A stretch of DNA of 64,000 nucleotides. Origin: Octopus bimaculoides. Its lineage: Eukaryota. Of this stretch, positions 36,901 through 49,190 are shown one piece after another. The stretch lies in NCBI RefSeq assembly GCF_001194135.2, contig NC_068983.1, positions 29,271,254-29,335,253 of the forward strand, in the 5' to 3' direction. The first letter of the stretch is position 1; each line of letters starts with the position of its first letter. The translations under genes and the position numbers were made by a program. The notes beneath the pieces are model-generated. The model ran no database searches, was not told where the DNA came from, and saw nothing but the letters and a program-made list of their open reading frames with translations.

Positions 36901-37513
36901 AAATTCGATGACTGGCACCTGTGCCAGTGGAGCGCTAAGAGCACCGTCTGAGTGTGATCATTGCCAGAGCAGCTGTCTGGCGTCCGTGCCAGTGGCACAT
37001 AAAAGCACCCACTACACTCTCGGAGTGGTTGGTGTTTCGAAACCCGGGCATTGTGTGTGTTTATTGAGCGAAAACACCTAAAAGCTCCACAAGGCTCCGG
37101 CAAGGGGTGGTGGCGACCCCTTTTGTACTCTTTCACCCCAACTTTCTTCCTGTTTCTTGAGTAACGCTGCGATGGACTGGCGTCCCGTCCAGCTGAAGGG
37201 GTGGGGAACACATACGCCATAGAAACCGGGAAACCGGGCCCATGAGTCTGGATAGGCTTTGAAAGGGCGCATAATAAATAATAAATATAGGCAAATTGAA
37301 AGTGAAAAATATATGTATTTTTAATTTTCGATAAATGTAAATAGACACACACATAAATATGTATTATGTGAGTGAGTCTTTGAGTTTGTTCTCCTCCACC
37401 ACCACTTGACAAATGGTGTTGGTTCGTTTACATTCCCTATAGAATAATTACTGAGGTCCCAGCATTTCCACAGTCCAAATGATAAAAAATATAAAATGTA
37501 TGAAAAATATTAC

Positions 37514-37576
37514 CTGGAGAAGTTGTTGTATCTTTTGATATTTGCATTGAATGGTTATTATCAGCATATGGATCCA
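37514..37576 (-). CDS. CCDC122-like coiled-coil gene exon, DPYADNNHSMQISKDTTTSP
   Basis: Polypyrimidine tract plus CAG acceptor, CAG|GTAATA donor, open frame, phase 1/1. Confidence 0.75.
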
Positions 37577-37894
37577 CTGAATTACAAATGGAAAAAATAT
37601 AATGTTGTTGCATACATTAAGATGAACATTTTCAAATATGTATGTGTTACTCTCTCTCTCCCTCTCCCTCCCCCTCTCTCTCTCTCCGTGTGTGCATATA
37701 TTTATCTGTTTGTAATACATACATAATATACAATAAGTATATGAATGTTGTGTGAGTGTGTGTGTGCATACGTGTATGTCATCATCATCATCATTTAACA
37801 TCCGTTTTCTTTACTGGCATGGGTTGGACAGTTTGACACAAGCTGGCCGGCTGGAGACACCAGCCAGAAGGAATCTTTTCCTCATCCGCTGCTC

Positions 37895-38230
37895 CTTTGT
37901 CAACCTTTCAATAGACGTCTTTCGGCCTTTATACGTTACTCTAGTTTGACCCATCCTCAAATATTACATCCAGGCCTCAAACCCATATCTCCAGAAAGAC
38001 ACTCAGCACCTGGAATGGGTTCAGCGCTTAGCCACCTGAATGGTTGCGGGCTTGTCTGAGCTGACGTATGAGGAACGTCCCCAACGGCTGAAATTACCTT
38101 CACTTGAACAACAGAGGATGTGGAGAGATCTCATCCTGGCTTTCAACATCTTCAATGGGAATGTAAACCTACCATTTGTGGAGTTTTTCACCCCTGTGGA
38201 GTTTTTCAACCTGGTGCAGCTCCCCAGGGC
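37895..38230 (+). mobile_element. CR1/L2-clade LINE C-terminal fragment
   Basis: LYVTLV*PILKY..PYLQKDTQHLEWVQRLAT*MVAGL..LTYEER..LKLPSLEQQRMWRDLILAF. Confidence 0.85.
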
Positions 38231-38269
38231 AAACTGTTTCAGAGATATTCGCATCAGTAAATATGAAGA

Positions 38270-39440
38270 ATCTTACTGAAACACATATGGCCTTCCATTG
38301 CATACACTGTCTATCCAGCGCTTAACACTTATTTCCAGGACCTCGATGTAGCAGAGTTAACTCTAAGGCCTTGTGGAAAGAAGTAAGGAGGCATCACATG
38401 TCCTTCATTGCTGACCACTCTTAAAACTATGACAGTTGCAAGAAATTTTTTATGCATAACACTTGGAATTTCAGAAGGGTCTTCACATAACCATCTGTTA
38501 TTTCCTCTGTTAACTTTTTGATCTTGATCGAAGTTTTTCTCATTTGAGAAAAACTAAATCAAATCTTTTTCTGATGGATTTTTCAGTTTAAGAGCCTTTT
38601 AGATCTGATGTAGTGATTTTCTTTTGTTTTTTCCCCAAAATTGACCTTTCCTTATCATGGACAACATTTCTAACTGTTCCGTCTGACACATGGAGGTCTT
38701 TTGCAATTGACTTCATGGACTTTCTAGGATTGTAATCAATGGTCTGTTGAACTTGTTAGATAAATTCAGGTATTCTGATGATTTCAGAGCGTTTAGAATG
38801 TTTTTTATGCTTTGATACTGGTGATACGTTTCCATCTTCAGTCTCTAGCTCCTTACAAACTTTGTAGGCGAAAAATCTGGCAACTTTTAAAAATCGAGAT
38901 ATTTCTAAATCGCTACGCTCAGCCTTTATAACCACAATAACAGCATGCCTCTTCATTTCATGAGTAAGCTGAGTGTCTGCCATTATTATTTTCTTGTGTG
39001 GTAAGTAGCTTGCTTACCAACCACATGGTTCTGGGTTCAGTCCCACTGTGTGGCACCTTGGGCAAGTGTCTTCTACTATAGCCTCGGGCCGACCAAAGCC
39101 TTGTGAGTGGATTTGGTAGATGGAAACTGAAAGAAGCCTGTTGTATATTTATATATATATATATGTGTGTGTGTTTGTGTGTATGTGTTTGTCCCCCCAA
39201 CATCATTTGACAACTGATGCTGGTGTGTTTATGTCCCCGTAACTTAGCGGTTCGGCAAAAGAGGCCGATAGAATAAGTACTAGGCTTACAAAGAATAAGT
39301 CCTGGGGTCGTTTTGGTCGACTAAAGGTGGTGCTCCAGCATGGCCACAGTCAAATGACTGAAACAGGTAAAAGAGAGTTAGCAAAAAATGCAACAATGAC
39401 CCAAAAAAGGTATGTCCTCAAATACCTTACACACCCTGTA
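38270..39440 (-). mobile_element. Decayed Tc1/mariner transposon interrupted by a SINE-A copy
   Basis: End TACAGGGTG at 39432-39440; ORF MADTQLTHEMKRHAV...NPRKSMKSIAKDLHVSDGTVRNVVH (HTH) ...EGHVMPPYFFPQGLRVN, disrupted. Confidence 0.82.
38992..39377 (+). mobile_element. SINE family A copy nested in the mariner element
   Basis: Lies between the mariner ATG (38983) and its terminal repeat (39440). Confidence 0.9.
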
Positions 39441-39746
39441 TATATATATCAAAGATCAAAGGTCCTTCCCAAGCCATAGACTCATAAATCTGGTTTCCGA
39501 GATTCTGTGGCATATCTATTCCCTCCTGGATGGGACACACTGGCCAATCATAGGATTACTCATTTTGGCCAGCTGAGTGAACTGAAGCAATGTCGAATGA
39601 AGTGTTTTGCTTAAGAACACAATGCATTGCCTGATCCAGGAACTGAAACCACACTCTTACGATCATGAATGTAGACACCCAAACTACTAAGCCACATGCC
39701 TGAGCACATTCATGCACACACACATATTTTATACATTTATATACAT

Positions 39747-39803
<57 letters not shown>

Positions 39804-39810
39804 AACATAC

Positions 39811-39848
<38 letters not shown>

Positions 39849-40664
39849 ACATACATATAACTGGATGACCTTCCTGCAAATTATCTTCAATATATAAAAG
39901 AGAAGGAATCTATTTTGGCAAAAAATCAAACTGAATCAATCATAACTACCTTTCAAAGATTTACATCCCATTGTATTATATTAGATAATATGGTCCTAGA
40001 CTTTCCTTTTTACATTAATATATATTAAGAAATTAAGTCAAAGATTGAACATGCCAAGGTTGCTTTTGATGAGATCAAAATAGTGTTGAATAAATGGTTA
40101 TCAATAAAAGTCTTAAAAGCATACATAGAATTCGTCCTTACATATGATGGTATGACCTGTTTAATCCATGTATATGTTTGATCAGAGAAAACCTATGACC
40201 AAAGACTTGCTAATCATGGCCATCCAAAGTGTTTACAAACACATCGTATAATCTATCGAATTAGATTACACAATGTGGTAACTCATTTTTTTTAGACAAT
40301 AAAATATGATTTGAGGGAGATTTGGCAGAATAAGTGACCACATTGAGCCTTGTTGTGTTGTAAGTGCATCATTTTTGTTTAATCTTAAGCAGTGTTTATT
40401 TTATCCACAGTGAAAATTTGATCAATTGAATCTTTTTATTCAAAGAGATTTTAGTCCTTTACTACCAAATTAGTGAGGAACCTAGTGGTGAACTGTATCA
40501 CTACAAGATTATACATTTATTTATGATTTTTATCATATGATTTAATAAAAAAAGCATGTATTAGTATTGACCTGTAAAGCCCGTTAAGCGTTACTACATA
40601 GTTCAATTATGATTACTTTCTAAGTGATTGACTTGAATTAATGAATGACTATGTCAATCCTCAT

Positions 40665-40800
40665 GCTGAGGGTCAGGGGCCTCAGACATAGCCACCACTC
40701 CTCAACGTTTACAACACTCTCGTGCTGCGGCCGTACACCATGCCAGGTTCACTCCAACCAGTCTTTGATGTCATCGCTCTGTTCACCTAGATCCTGAGGA
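40665..40800 (-). mobile_element. RTE-like LINE extreme 3' fragment
   Basis: Decayed W.DDI.DW.G..L...T.AA-type pattern. Confidence 0.35.
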
Positions 40801-41092
40801 TGTAATTAGCAGTTGTAGTCTGATTAAGTGACCAAAAATATTGCAGTTTTCGTTATCTGACTATCGTCACAAATTTTCATCTCATAGTTTGACGGTGATG
40901 CTAAAAAATTGACTGCATAACATTCAGAATAATTAGAATTCCAACTAAGGCCCTCGTATTTATTTTTTTCTGACACAGTATATCTATGACTACATAATCC
41001 AAAGTATTTTCCCACTTTTAGGGTTGCGCGAATATGATTTCAAAGATAATCTGGTGCTATTTCTAGCAGGTGGAAGACTACATATAGACGAA

Positions 41093-41325
41093 TCCAGGTA
41101 AAAAAAATTCACGGAAACAAAGTCACAAGGGCTTTGTCCGGGGATGGTGGTGGTGTCCGAGGGATTTTGTACTAGGAGTTTTGTCCAGATCCCATAAATC
41201 AATTGTACCTTTTTTTCCCCGTGACTTTATTACCAGCCTCCATAAGTTAATTGTGACTTTTTTTCCTAGCCAAAATTGTGACTTTATAACTGACTTTTTT
41301 CCTGTGATTTTATTACTGGTCACTG
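41093..41325. mobile_element. MITE-like element with repeated AAAAAGTCAC / GTGACTTTTT subterminal motifs
   Basis: GGTAAAAAAAATTCACGG and AAAGTCAC on the left; four GTGACTTT(T/A) units on the right. Confidence 0.55.
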
Positions 41326-42356
41326 ATAAGGACACCTTCATTTAAAGCTTGTTGCATTGTTATTAAGGGCTACGTATGTTTTTCTAGTAACATTGTACAA
41401 TATCACGGACAAAGATGGGATTGTTTCTCCATTCAACTTTCTTCACTAATTCTGGTTGAGTTAAGTCAAATATTATGCCGTAATTGCTTAAAAACAGAGA
41501 CCAGGGAATATTGGTTGTAATCAAGCGTAACCAAAATTATAGGATGAAGTTTGTGATTTTGTATGCTATAATCTGACGTTTAGAGACTGAGACGTCTGAG
41601 AGAGAAAAAACTAAATCTATAAATCTCTCTCTTTAATGAGTCTTACTGAACTGTCAGGTTCTTCCTTTCACAGCAATATACAGAGTTATCCAAACTCGAA
41701 CTTCCCAACATTAATTATTTAGCTTTGAAACCGCACAAGAAAGTGAGTTGTTTTTTAATCCCCACCCCCCATGTCAGCTGTGACTGATGTGTTCCACCTA
41801 TGACCATCCTATTTTATTTTCCGGCAATGTATCAAGGTTTACGTTATTCAATGTCCTTTTCTTTTAAGGCAGCAGAAAAATTTGATTGCTATTTCCAGCA
41901 GATCTAGCGATCGCATAGAAGTTCTCACTCGGCGCCAGTAATTGAGTGTTAAATACTAAGTGTTGAGTTGAACTTTGGTCACACTGTAAATATCATTTCG
42001 CTTGCTTTCGTAAACTATCTGAATACATTAGTTATATTGATAAAATGTATGTATTTTGACCGCAAAATTTCCACTGAAAGATGAAGACAAATCAAGAGTC
42101 TATCTTTTTAGATCATTCGTCGAATGTTTAACACTTCTGATAAAAGGTAAAGTTCATCCTTTCAATAGACTTGGAGCAGTAAAGCAAAAATTAGAGAAGA
42201 AACTGTTTCGACATTTCTTTTGTATAAAACATTGTAAAATATAATTAAAAATGTTTACCAAAGCAAAGTTTTAAGTCAAAATAATTTTAAGAACAAAATT
42301 AAACTATTATTTTAGCGTAAATTATACAAATAAATGTTACGAGAATCTAAACTCAC

Positions 42357-42360
42357 TCAT
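42357..42360 (-). CDS. Tentative first coding exon end (ATG A) of the CCDC122-like gene
   Basis: ATGA followed by GTGAGT; phase 1 fits the next exon (A|TG = Met). Not unique; other start exons are possible. Confidence 0.3.
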
Positions 42361-45339
42361 ATTTCTGTTATCGTCTGTTTCTCAATGAATTATTTTGGAA
42401 ATAAGGGAGATAACTTAGTTTTAAGATACGCAGAGTTATTTTCCATGATACCATTTATATATTTTAAAAGTGTTTCAGTTTGTAAGATCCATATTTCAAA
42501 CGGAAACAAAGATCATCATCATCATCGTTTAACGTCCGCTTTCCATGCTAACATGGGTTGGAAGATTTGCCTGAGGACTGGTAAACCAGATGGCTACACC
42601 AGGCTCCAATCTAATTTGGCAGAGTTTCTACAGCTGGATGCCCTTCCTAACACCAACCACTCCGAGAGTGTAGTGGGTGCTGTTACGTGCCAGTAATCAA
42701 TGTGGCTAATTACTCAGATACCATCCTCACAAAAACAATCGTCAAGTTGATGCTAATATAGTATGCATCAAACTGGTTTCGATCTCCACATTTTTCAAAA
42801 TAAATTAACTCTCATGTGAACCTTGTGGTATACTTAAGCAATTTAATTCCTAGTTGTAATTACTTCACTTCATTAATATCACTAATATTTTCGTTCAAAT
42901 TTTCATGGTTGAAGCTTTATTTACTTTAGCAGCCATTTATTTTTTATTCGTTTTTTTCAGTTTCCTACAACTTTACCAGTCAGCAAGAAGTTTTATTTTT
43001 TATTTTATTTATTTAGTTAGATAAATTTGAGCAAGCCTTGATGCTGAGCACAAAGTAGTTACCGAAATAAAGTAAGACCTTGGTGTTTGTCTGTGGAATG
43101 TGGTTCTGGCTATGTTAAGGATGAGCTCTCAATAAGGTTGCTCCTTGGTGAGAGTGAAGCTTAAGATTTAGAATGAGCTGAGTACTGCTCATGCTTGATG
43201 GCTACAAGGATGAGCTATGATTGTTTATTATCATGGTCAATTGACCTGTTAGATATAATAGCAAATTATACCTTAAATCACACCCTACAATCTAAAAAGG
43301 AAGGATGCATTAGATAATGCAATTCTAAACAAATTGGATGGTTATGCATGGAATACCTTTGATAATAGGTCTTTTTGATCAGGTTTAGCCTGAAGCAAAA
43401 AGAACAACAACATTTATATATGCTTCAAACAGCTCACCTTTTGAGCAGATGGAGAGCTTGGTGTGTTTAGGGTGGGAGAAGTTTAGGTATAAGTGTGAAT
43501 GTTTGTTTGTAGTGGATGGGGGTGGTGAGAGTGAAGTGATGAATGCTGACTGAAATATTTATAAAGGCGACTGAGGTGTCAGAAATAGTGCAGGAGAAGT
43601 GGAGGGCAGGATGGAAAGGTTTGACAGCCAATAAAGCATATATCAGAAAAGAAGCACACTCTAAAGAATAGAGCAGTATTACAGCAAAAATTAAAATTTT
43701 GGACAGAGTTACCAAAGGTTTCGTATCCACAAAGCCAAAGCCTTATAGACAGCTCGACAGACTCTATTCAAAGACAAGAAATTTTAGCTTTCTACATCGC
43801 GGACGTAACGAAACGCACAGAAATCGAGATATGTCTTAACATATAAAACATTAATGAGGACGAGTTGTCTCCCCTGAACCAGAGGCTAGAACAATCCTTA
43901 TAGATCCGAAAAAGCCTAACCAGCAAACGGGAAGATTCAGATTGTATGTATGTGCGTGGATATATATCAAAAGCTGTTTTTTTTTGTTTTCAACCCCTGA
44001 TCAATCAAAAATATTTATTCCATTCCAGATATGAACATCCCTTCTCTTTCCAACATATAAGACTACATGATGTGATTTGTGAGAGATTTAGCGGATATTT
44101 CACGAAGACCAAGTAACTCTGTAGAGGAGGCTTCTGTTGTTTCGAGTTGGTGAAAGTCGTTCTAATCATGATTATGTAATGCTAAAAAGGTAAAGACAGA
44201 GACAATGCGTATCTTGGACTACAATAATCGACGTACTATATCCCTCTCTTTCCAAGAGAGTAGGGTGTGATTTGCGATAGATCTGGTTGATATTTCTATA
44301 AGGTTGAGAAACCATCTAGGTTTCTTTTGTTTAGACTGGTGATAAAAGAAGCTCAATAATATTCATCTTTATCAATAGGGAGGCATTATGTACCTCGGAC
44401 TATATTATCCATTTCTTTACAAGTCAGTTGAGTATGTTTTTGAGAGAAGCCATTTCTGGCAGACCACGAAGTCATGCAGAAGCACCTTAGGTTACTCCAG
44501 TTCCCTACTTCGGAAAAATCCATCACGACATGTTAATTGCCAGACATAAATATTGAAAACTTAATTTAAATCAACTGCGTGATTAAGTAGCTGCTCATGG
44601 ACAGAAATTTCAATTTTCTTACTATAGCCATTCTAGTGCACGTATGAACAAGGCCCATAACTCTGCTTGCTCGTGCGAAAATGGAAAAATGGATGCAAAA
44701 CAAAAACAATGTAAGTAAATCAAATATTTCATATTTATTATTTAACCGGAGGAGGGAAGCCTAAGTCCCTACAATCTGTTTTAAATAACTAACAAACCAA
44801 TACTCTTTTCACATGAATTTGCAGTAGTCGATAAAAGAAATCTGGTTATACTGGGTTATGTCCCTTTGCATGTTCTGTTGAAATCTTTGCCTTCGTCGTT
44901 CATTCTTCCAGGATCATGAGTACCAGTTAAATAGTTGGAAATTAACAAGCATACTTGCTGAGACTGTACGCTATCAAAGCTGGCCATATATAAAGTGGAA
45001 TCGATGTTGAGAATGGAAGTATTTTAACAGCCAACAATACGTGTTGTATTTTTTTACTTCCATTGTTTACACACGATGACTAATAAAATTAAACTGGGAA
45101 CCGTTTTATAGTGTATTTGAAAAGCTTTGTCGACAACTGATGGCTAAAATTCAGTCAACTGTTTTTAATTAAATTCTATTTTAGTTTATATACACGCAAG
45201 AGTGGCTGTGTGGTTAGAAGCTTGCTTCCCAACATATGGTTCTGGATTCAAGTGTCTACTATTGCCTCAGGCCGACCAAAGCCTTGTGAGCGGATCTGGT
45301 AGACGGGAATCGAAAGAAGCCCATCGTATATATACATAC

Positions 45340-45376
<37 letters not shown>

Positions 45377-46149
45377 ACCTCCATCACTGCTTGACAATCA
45401 GTGTTTACATCCCTGTAACTTAGTGGTTCAGCAAAAAAGATCGACAGAATATTAGGCTTGAAAAATAAGTCGTGAGTTGATTTGTTCGACTAAAACCCTT
45501 CAAAGTGGTGCTCCAGCATAGCCACAGTCAAATAACTGAAATAAGTAAAAAAAAATGTTTTGTAAGAACAAAACACTGTGCCTTGTGAGTCTATAAGACT
45601 CATCCAAAATATCACATTTAGGGATTCAATTTGTAAATCCCAAAAATTCATGAGCCATAAACAAAATATTTTACAAAAACTATTTATTTTAGAGCTCCAG
45701 ATTGAATCTGATCAAACAAAATTATGATCAAAGGCGTTCTGGCCATGACCATCATCTCGTATCCTTGTAACAAAAATAAATAAATAAATGTTAGTTATGT
45801 TTTTAGGTTCAGTTCAACTGGGTGGCACCTACAGCAAGTGCCTTCTACTATTGGTTTGGGTTGACCAATGCCTTGTAAGTAGAAATGGTACATGGAAACT
45901 GCTTGTATCTATATGTGTGTGTGGATGCACTTCTTGAGATGAGGTCGTTTGGGGAGAAAAACAAAACAATACACAGTATTGTTACACTTTCACAGAGAAC
46001 ATTACATACTGTAGCTCTGTGACCTTGAAGTAGTGGAATAAAGAAAAACAAACCCTAACTTCTAATGAATGGTAAGAGTTGGTGACAGGAAGAACATCTG
46101 ACAGTAAAATAAGAAAGCATGTAAAACGAACAAGGGAACTTAGACATTC

Positions 46150-46394
46150 CAGTTCTATATTTAAGAGATGAGGAATTATGTACATTATTTACATTTGATG
46201 GATATTTGTCCTCATCTTGTTTGTTGTTAGCACAACGTTTCGGCTGATATACCCTCCAGCCTTCATCAGGTGTCTTGGGGAAATTTCGAACCTGCGTTCT
46301 CATTTCTAAGGTATTTTTCAATATTATTATTATTATTCAGGTCATTGCCTGGAATCGAACTCAGAATCTTGGGGTTAGCAGCCCGCACTCTTAA
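46150..46394 (-). mobile_element. SINE family E copy (tRNA-like head, (AAT)n, hammerhead-containing tail)
   Basis: B-box GAGTTCGATTCC at 46351-46362; GGG-CTGCTAA-CCC anticodon-like arm; A-box truncated. Confidence 0.85.
46229..46274 (-). ncRNA. Minimal type I hammerhead ribozyme in the tail of SINE family E
   Basis: GACAC CUGAUGA A GGCUG-gagggUAUAU-CAGCC GAAA CGUU GUGCU; palindromic AACGUU stem III; stem I has one mismatch. Confidence 0.78.
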
Positions 46395-46395
46395 T

Positions 46396-46574
46396 CCCAA
46401 GATTCCAGGCAGTGACCTGAATAATAATAATAATAATAATATTGAAAAATACCTTAGGAATGAGAACCCAGGTTCGAAATTTCCCCAAGACACCTGATGA
46501 AGGCTGGAGGGTATATCAGCCGAAACGTGTTAACAACAAACAAGATGACAAATATCCGTCAAATGTAAATAATG
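46396..46574 (+). mobile_element. SINE family E inverted partner copy
   Basis: Reverse complement of 46184-46378; B-box deleted between GATTCC repeats; 3-nt deletion at the hammerhead cleavage site. Confidence 0.85.
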
Positions 46575-47019
46575 AACTTAGACATATTCAGATTTCTTTT
46601 GCCTTTTATCTTCCCAAGGTTGATACAATGAAGCACAAATAATTTGCAAAGATTTATGGGTAGGGGTAAACTCCATTGACTGTACTTGTTTCCGACAAAC
46701 TTGTCCTTGTTTTGAACACTGAGAATGTTAGAGCTCAGACAAGATGGACACTGATCTTTCTAGCAGGGGGGAGGGGAATTAATGTGATGATAGTGGTCGG
46801 ATGGTGATTAAGCAATATGATAATCTGGCTTTGCTAATGAGTTATAATTTAAAACAGAATCCCAGGAGATCTGTATCAGTAAAAACTTGATTATTTAGAA
46901 AAAGTGGAATTTCCAACATGTTTAGATAGTCCTTCTTCAGAGCTGAAATGACAGCACTTTTTACAGCCTTCGTTTGAGTGACCTCCAAAAGTCTCCTTAA
47001 GTTCTATTTAATCTTATAT

Positions 47020-47420
47020 ATCTACCCAATTCTGTGAATTATCTTCTTTGCTATGTTCAACCTCAAATGTCGCAACTGGGAATTGTACCACATTATGCAA
47101 ATGAAGGAATCTTTTACCTTAATTCTTCTCTGCTGCTTCCTACCATATCATTGATATTCCATTTTCATTAAAGCCTCGCTTCTGCAGCCATTTACACTTT
47201 TTTGGATGCTGTTTTCACCTCAACTCTATTTCATGTGACTTTCAATTAATTTTCATCCATCTATGAAGCCACATCACTCTTCATAATATTCTCCAAACAT
47301 TTATTTATACCCTTACTTCTTCGAAACAGCTTATGTGAGCTGTCATCTGCTTCTTGTGCACCATATACAGTCACCTGACATGAAAGCTAACCCACTACTA
47401 TTCTTTTCTTTCCCATGCAA
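47020..47420 (-). mobile_element. LINE apurinic-endonuclease fragment (RTE-like)
   Basis: VTVYGAQEADD... and LRLNIAKKIIHRIG-like motifs, disrupted. Confidence 0.45.
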
Positions 47421-47799
47421 CTTTTTATTATATACTCAAAAGTGAATGTTACATGTTGGTACTCCCTCTGCAAATTTTGCCTATTCTTCAACCAGCATCA
47501 CACTTTTTTCATACACTCATAATATATGTAGTGTTCATCCTAAGAACTCTCTCTCTCTCTTGGATACCAAACAAGTTCTCCTTAAGTAATGATCTAAACT
47601 TCCTCCCACTCCAAGTACGTTTGATGTATATGCCAATACCGTTTCTTCCATTAGATCCAACTTAAGTCCCTCTTCTGTATCAGAATCTCTGACAGGGGAA
47701 GATTTCACCAATCTCCAACTGGACACCCAGCCTGGGCCTATACTACATGCTCAATTTATTTGTAAATACATGCAGTTACAGTTTGGACATCAACAAATG

Positions 47800-49190
47800 A
47801 CAAAGATCAAACCTTGACTCATTGAGACTTTTCACCCTTCAGAACTCTAGTAAGACATCACCATTAAACTGTCAAGTAAGAGTGGTATTGTCATGATCTA
47901 GATAGCTAATCTCTACAGAGAAGCACTCTGTTAACTTAACAAATTGCCATTCTACAGCAAGTTACCAAATGATTTCACCAGTTCCTACCAGAAACAAGTT
48001 GGCACCGCTGTGTGTGAATGCATTTCTTCCAGCTTACTTCTGCACTCTGCCATTAACTTCACTGTAACTACACCTTTAAACTTCTATCATCTGTCCTAAA
48101 TTTCACAAACCAGACAATCCTGGCCATCCTATTGTCTCTGTCTATAACTGCCCAATTAAAAATCTCTCTGCACCTAAACAAAATGCTATCACCTGTTGCC
48201 ACATTACATATTAAAGGCAGCAACCATACCCTAAATTCCTTCAACGCATTCTCTTTACCTCCTGGATAGTCAAAACACCTTTTCACTTCACACATTAAAT
48301 CACTGTATACAATCATCCCCCACAATGATGGCCTACCAATCCTTAAATACTCCCTAGACTGCTGTCGCCTGTATCCAGCACTATTACATCCCTTCACTTT
48401 ACTAAATTTGGTCCTTGATTGCTTTTCCTTCTCTGGAGAACTTTATGAACATTTCAGTGGGGTTGCTATGGGAACTAAGATGGGGCCTGATTATGCAAAC
48501 CTTTTTGTAGAGCATAACAAGGAGCAAATCTTTGCTCAATTCATGCATCTACCCCAGAGCTGAACAAATGTTATATTAATGACTGTGTTGGTGCTATCAC
48601 CTTCACCTGGAATTTACTTCAACCAGATTCCACTCTCCCTTACCTTTCATTGAAACACATACTCATTTGCAACTTCCAACTCCAACTCTTTCACTCAACA
48701 ACTGTTCAGATGTTTTTCCACATCACCTTTCCTTACCTTCAAGAAAGAAAGAAATTTCAGCAGCTACTTAAAAGCTCTTCAATACCCAGCCATACATAAC
48801 CAGGCACTTTCAAATGTGTTCGCTGATGATGCAATACTTGTTCCTACACCAATAACACAACAACCATTACTGGGTCTAAGTCACAGTACTATATCATCCA
48901 AAATTTCTGCTGTACATCTCTCAATATCAGTAAAATTTGCAGTGAACTCTACATGTGTGAAACGGGCTGTCACCTTGCCAATCACTTTCGCGAGCACAAA
49001 GACTATGATGTATACCATGCCAACCAGTTACCACCCACTTCAAAGCAATGGACCATTTCATTACCCATTTATTAAAGTGTGGCATTCCTGCACACCACAA
49101 ATCTGTACCCTCAAGGAAACAGCGAGAACATTTTATATTCAATCTCAGAATCACGGCACCAACAGGTTCCAGTGAAAATGTTTCCTTCTG
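47800..49190 (+). mobile_element. Decayed Penelope-like element: reverse transcriptase plus GIY-YIG endonuclease
   Basis: KFHKPDNPGHPIVS; IKSLYTIIPHNDGL; GVAMGTKMGPDYANLFV; CYINDCVG; then FCCTSLNI..ELYMCETGCHLANHFREH; KQREHFIFNLRITAPTG. Frameshifts and stops throughout. Confidence 0.9.

Noticed and set aside
38825-38841. Minus-strand CTGAAGATGGAAACGTA
   Set aside because: No stem II or stem I; falls inside the mariner coding sequence.
42571-42595. CTGAGGA-CTGG/CCAG hairpin in SINE family C
   Set aside because: Followed by ATGG, not GAAA, in the copies seen.
44670-44720. Plus-strand ATG..|GTAAGT, considered as a divergent LACC1-like gene as in human
   Set aside because: No LACC1-like exon was found between here and the InR 3' end.
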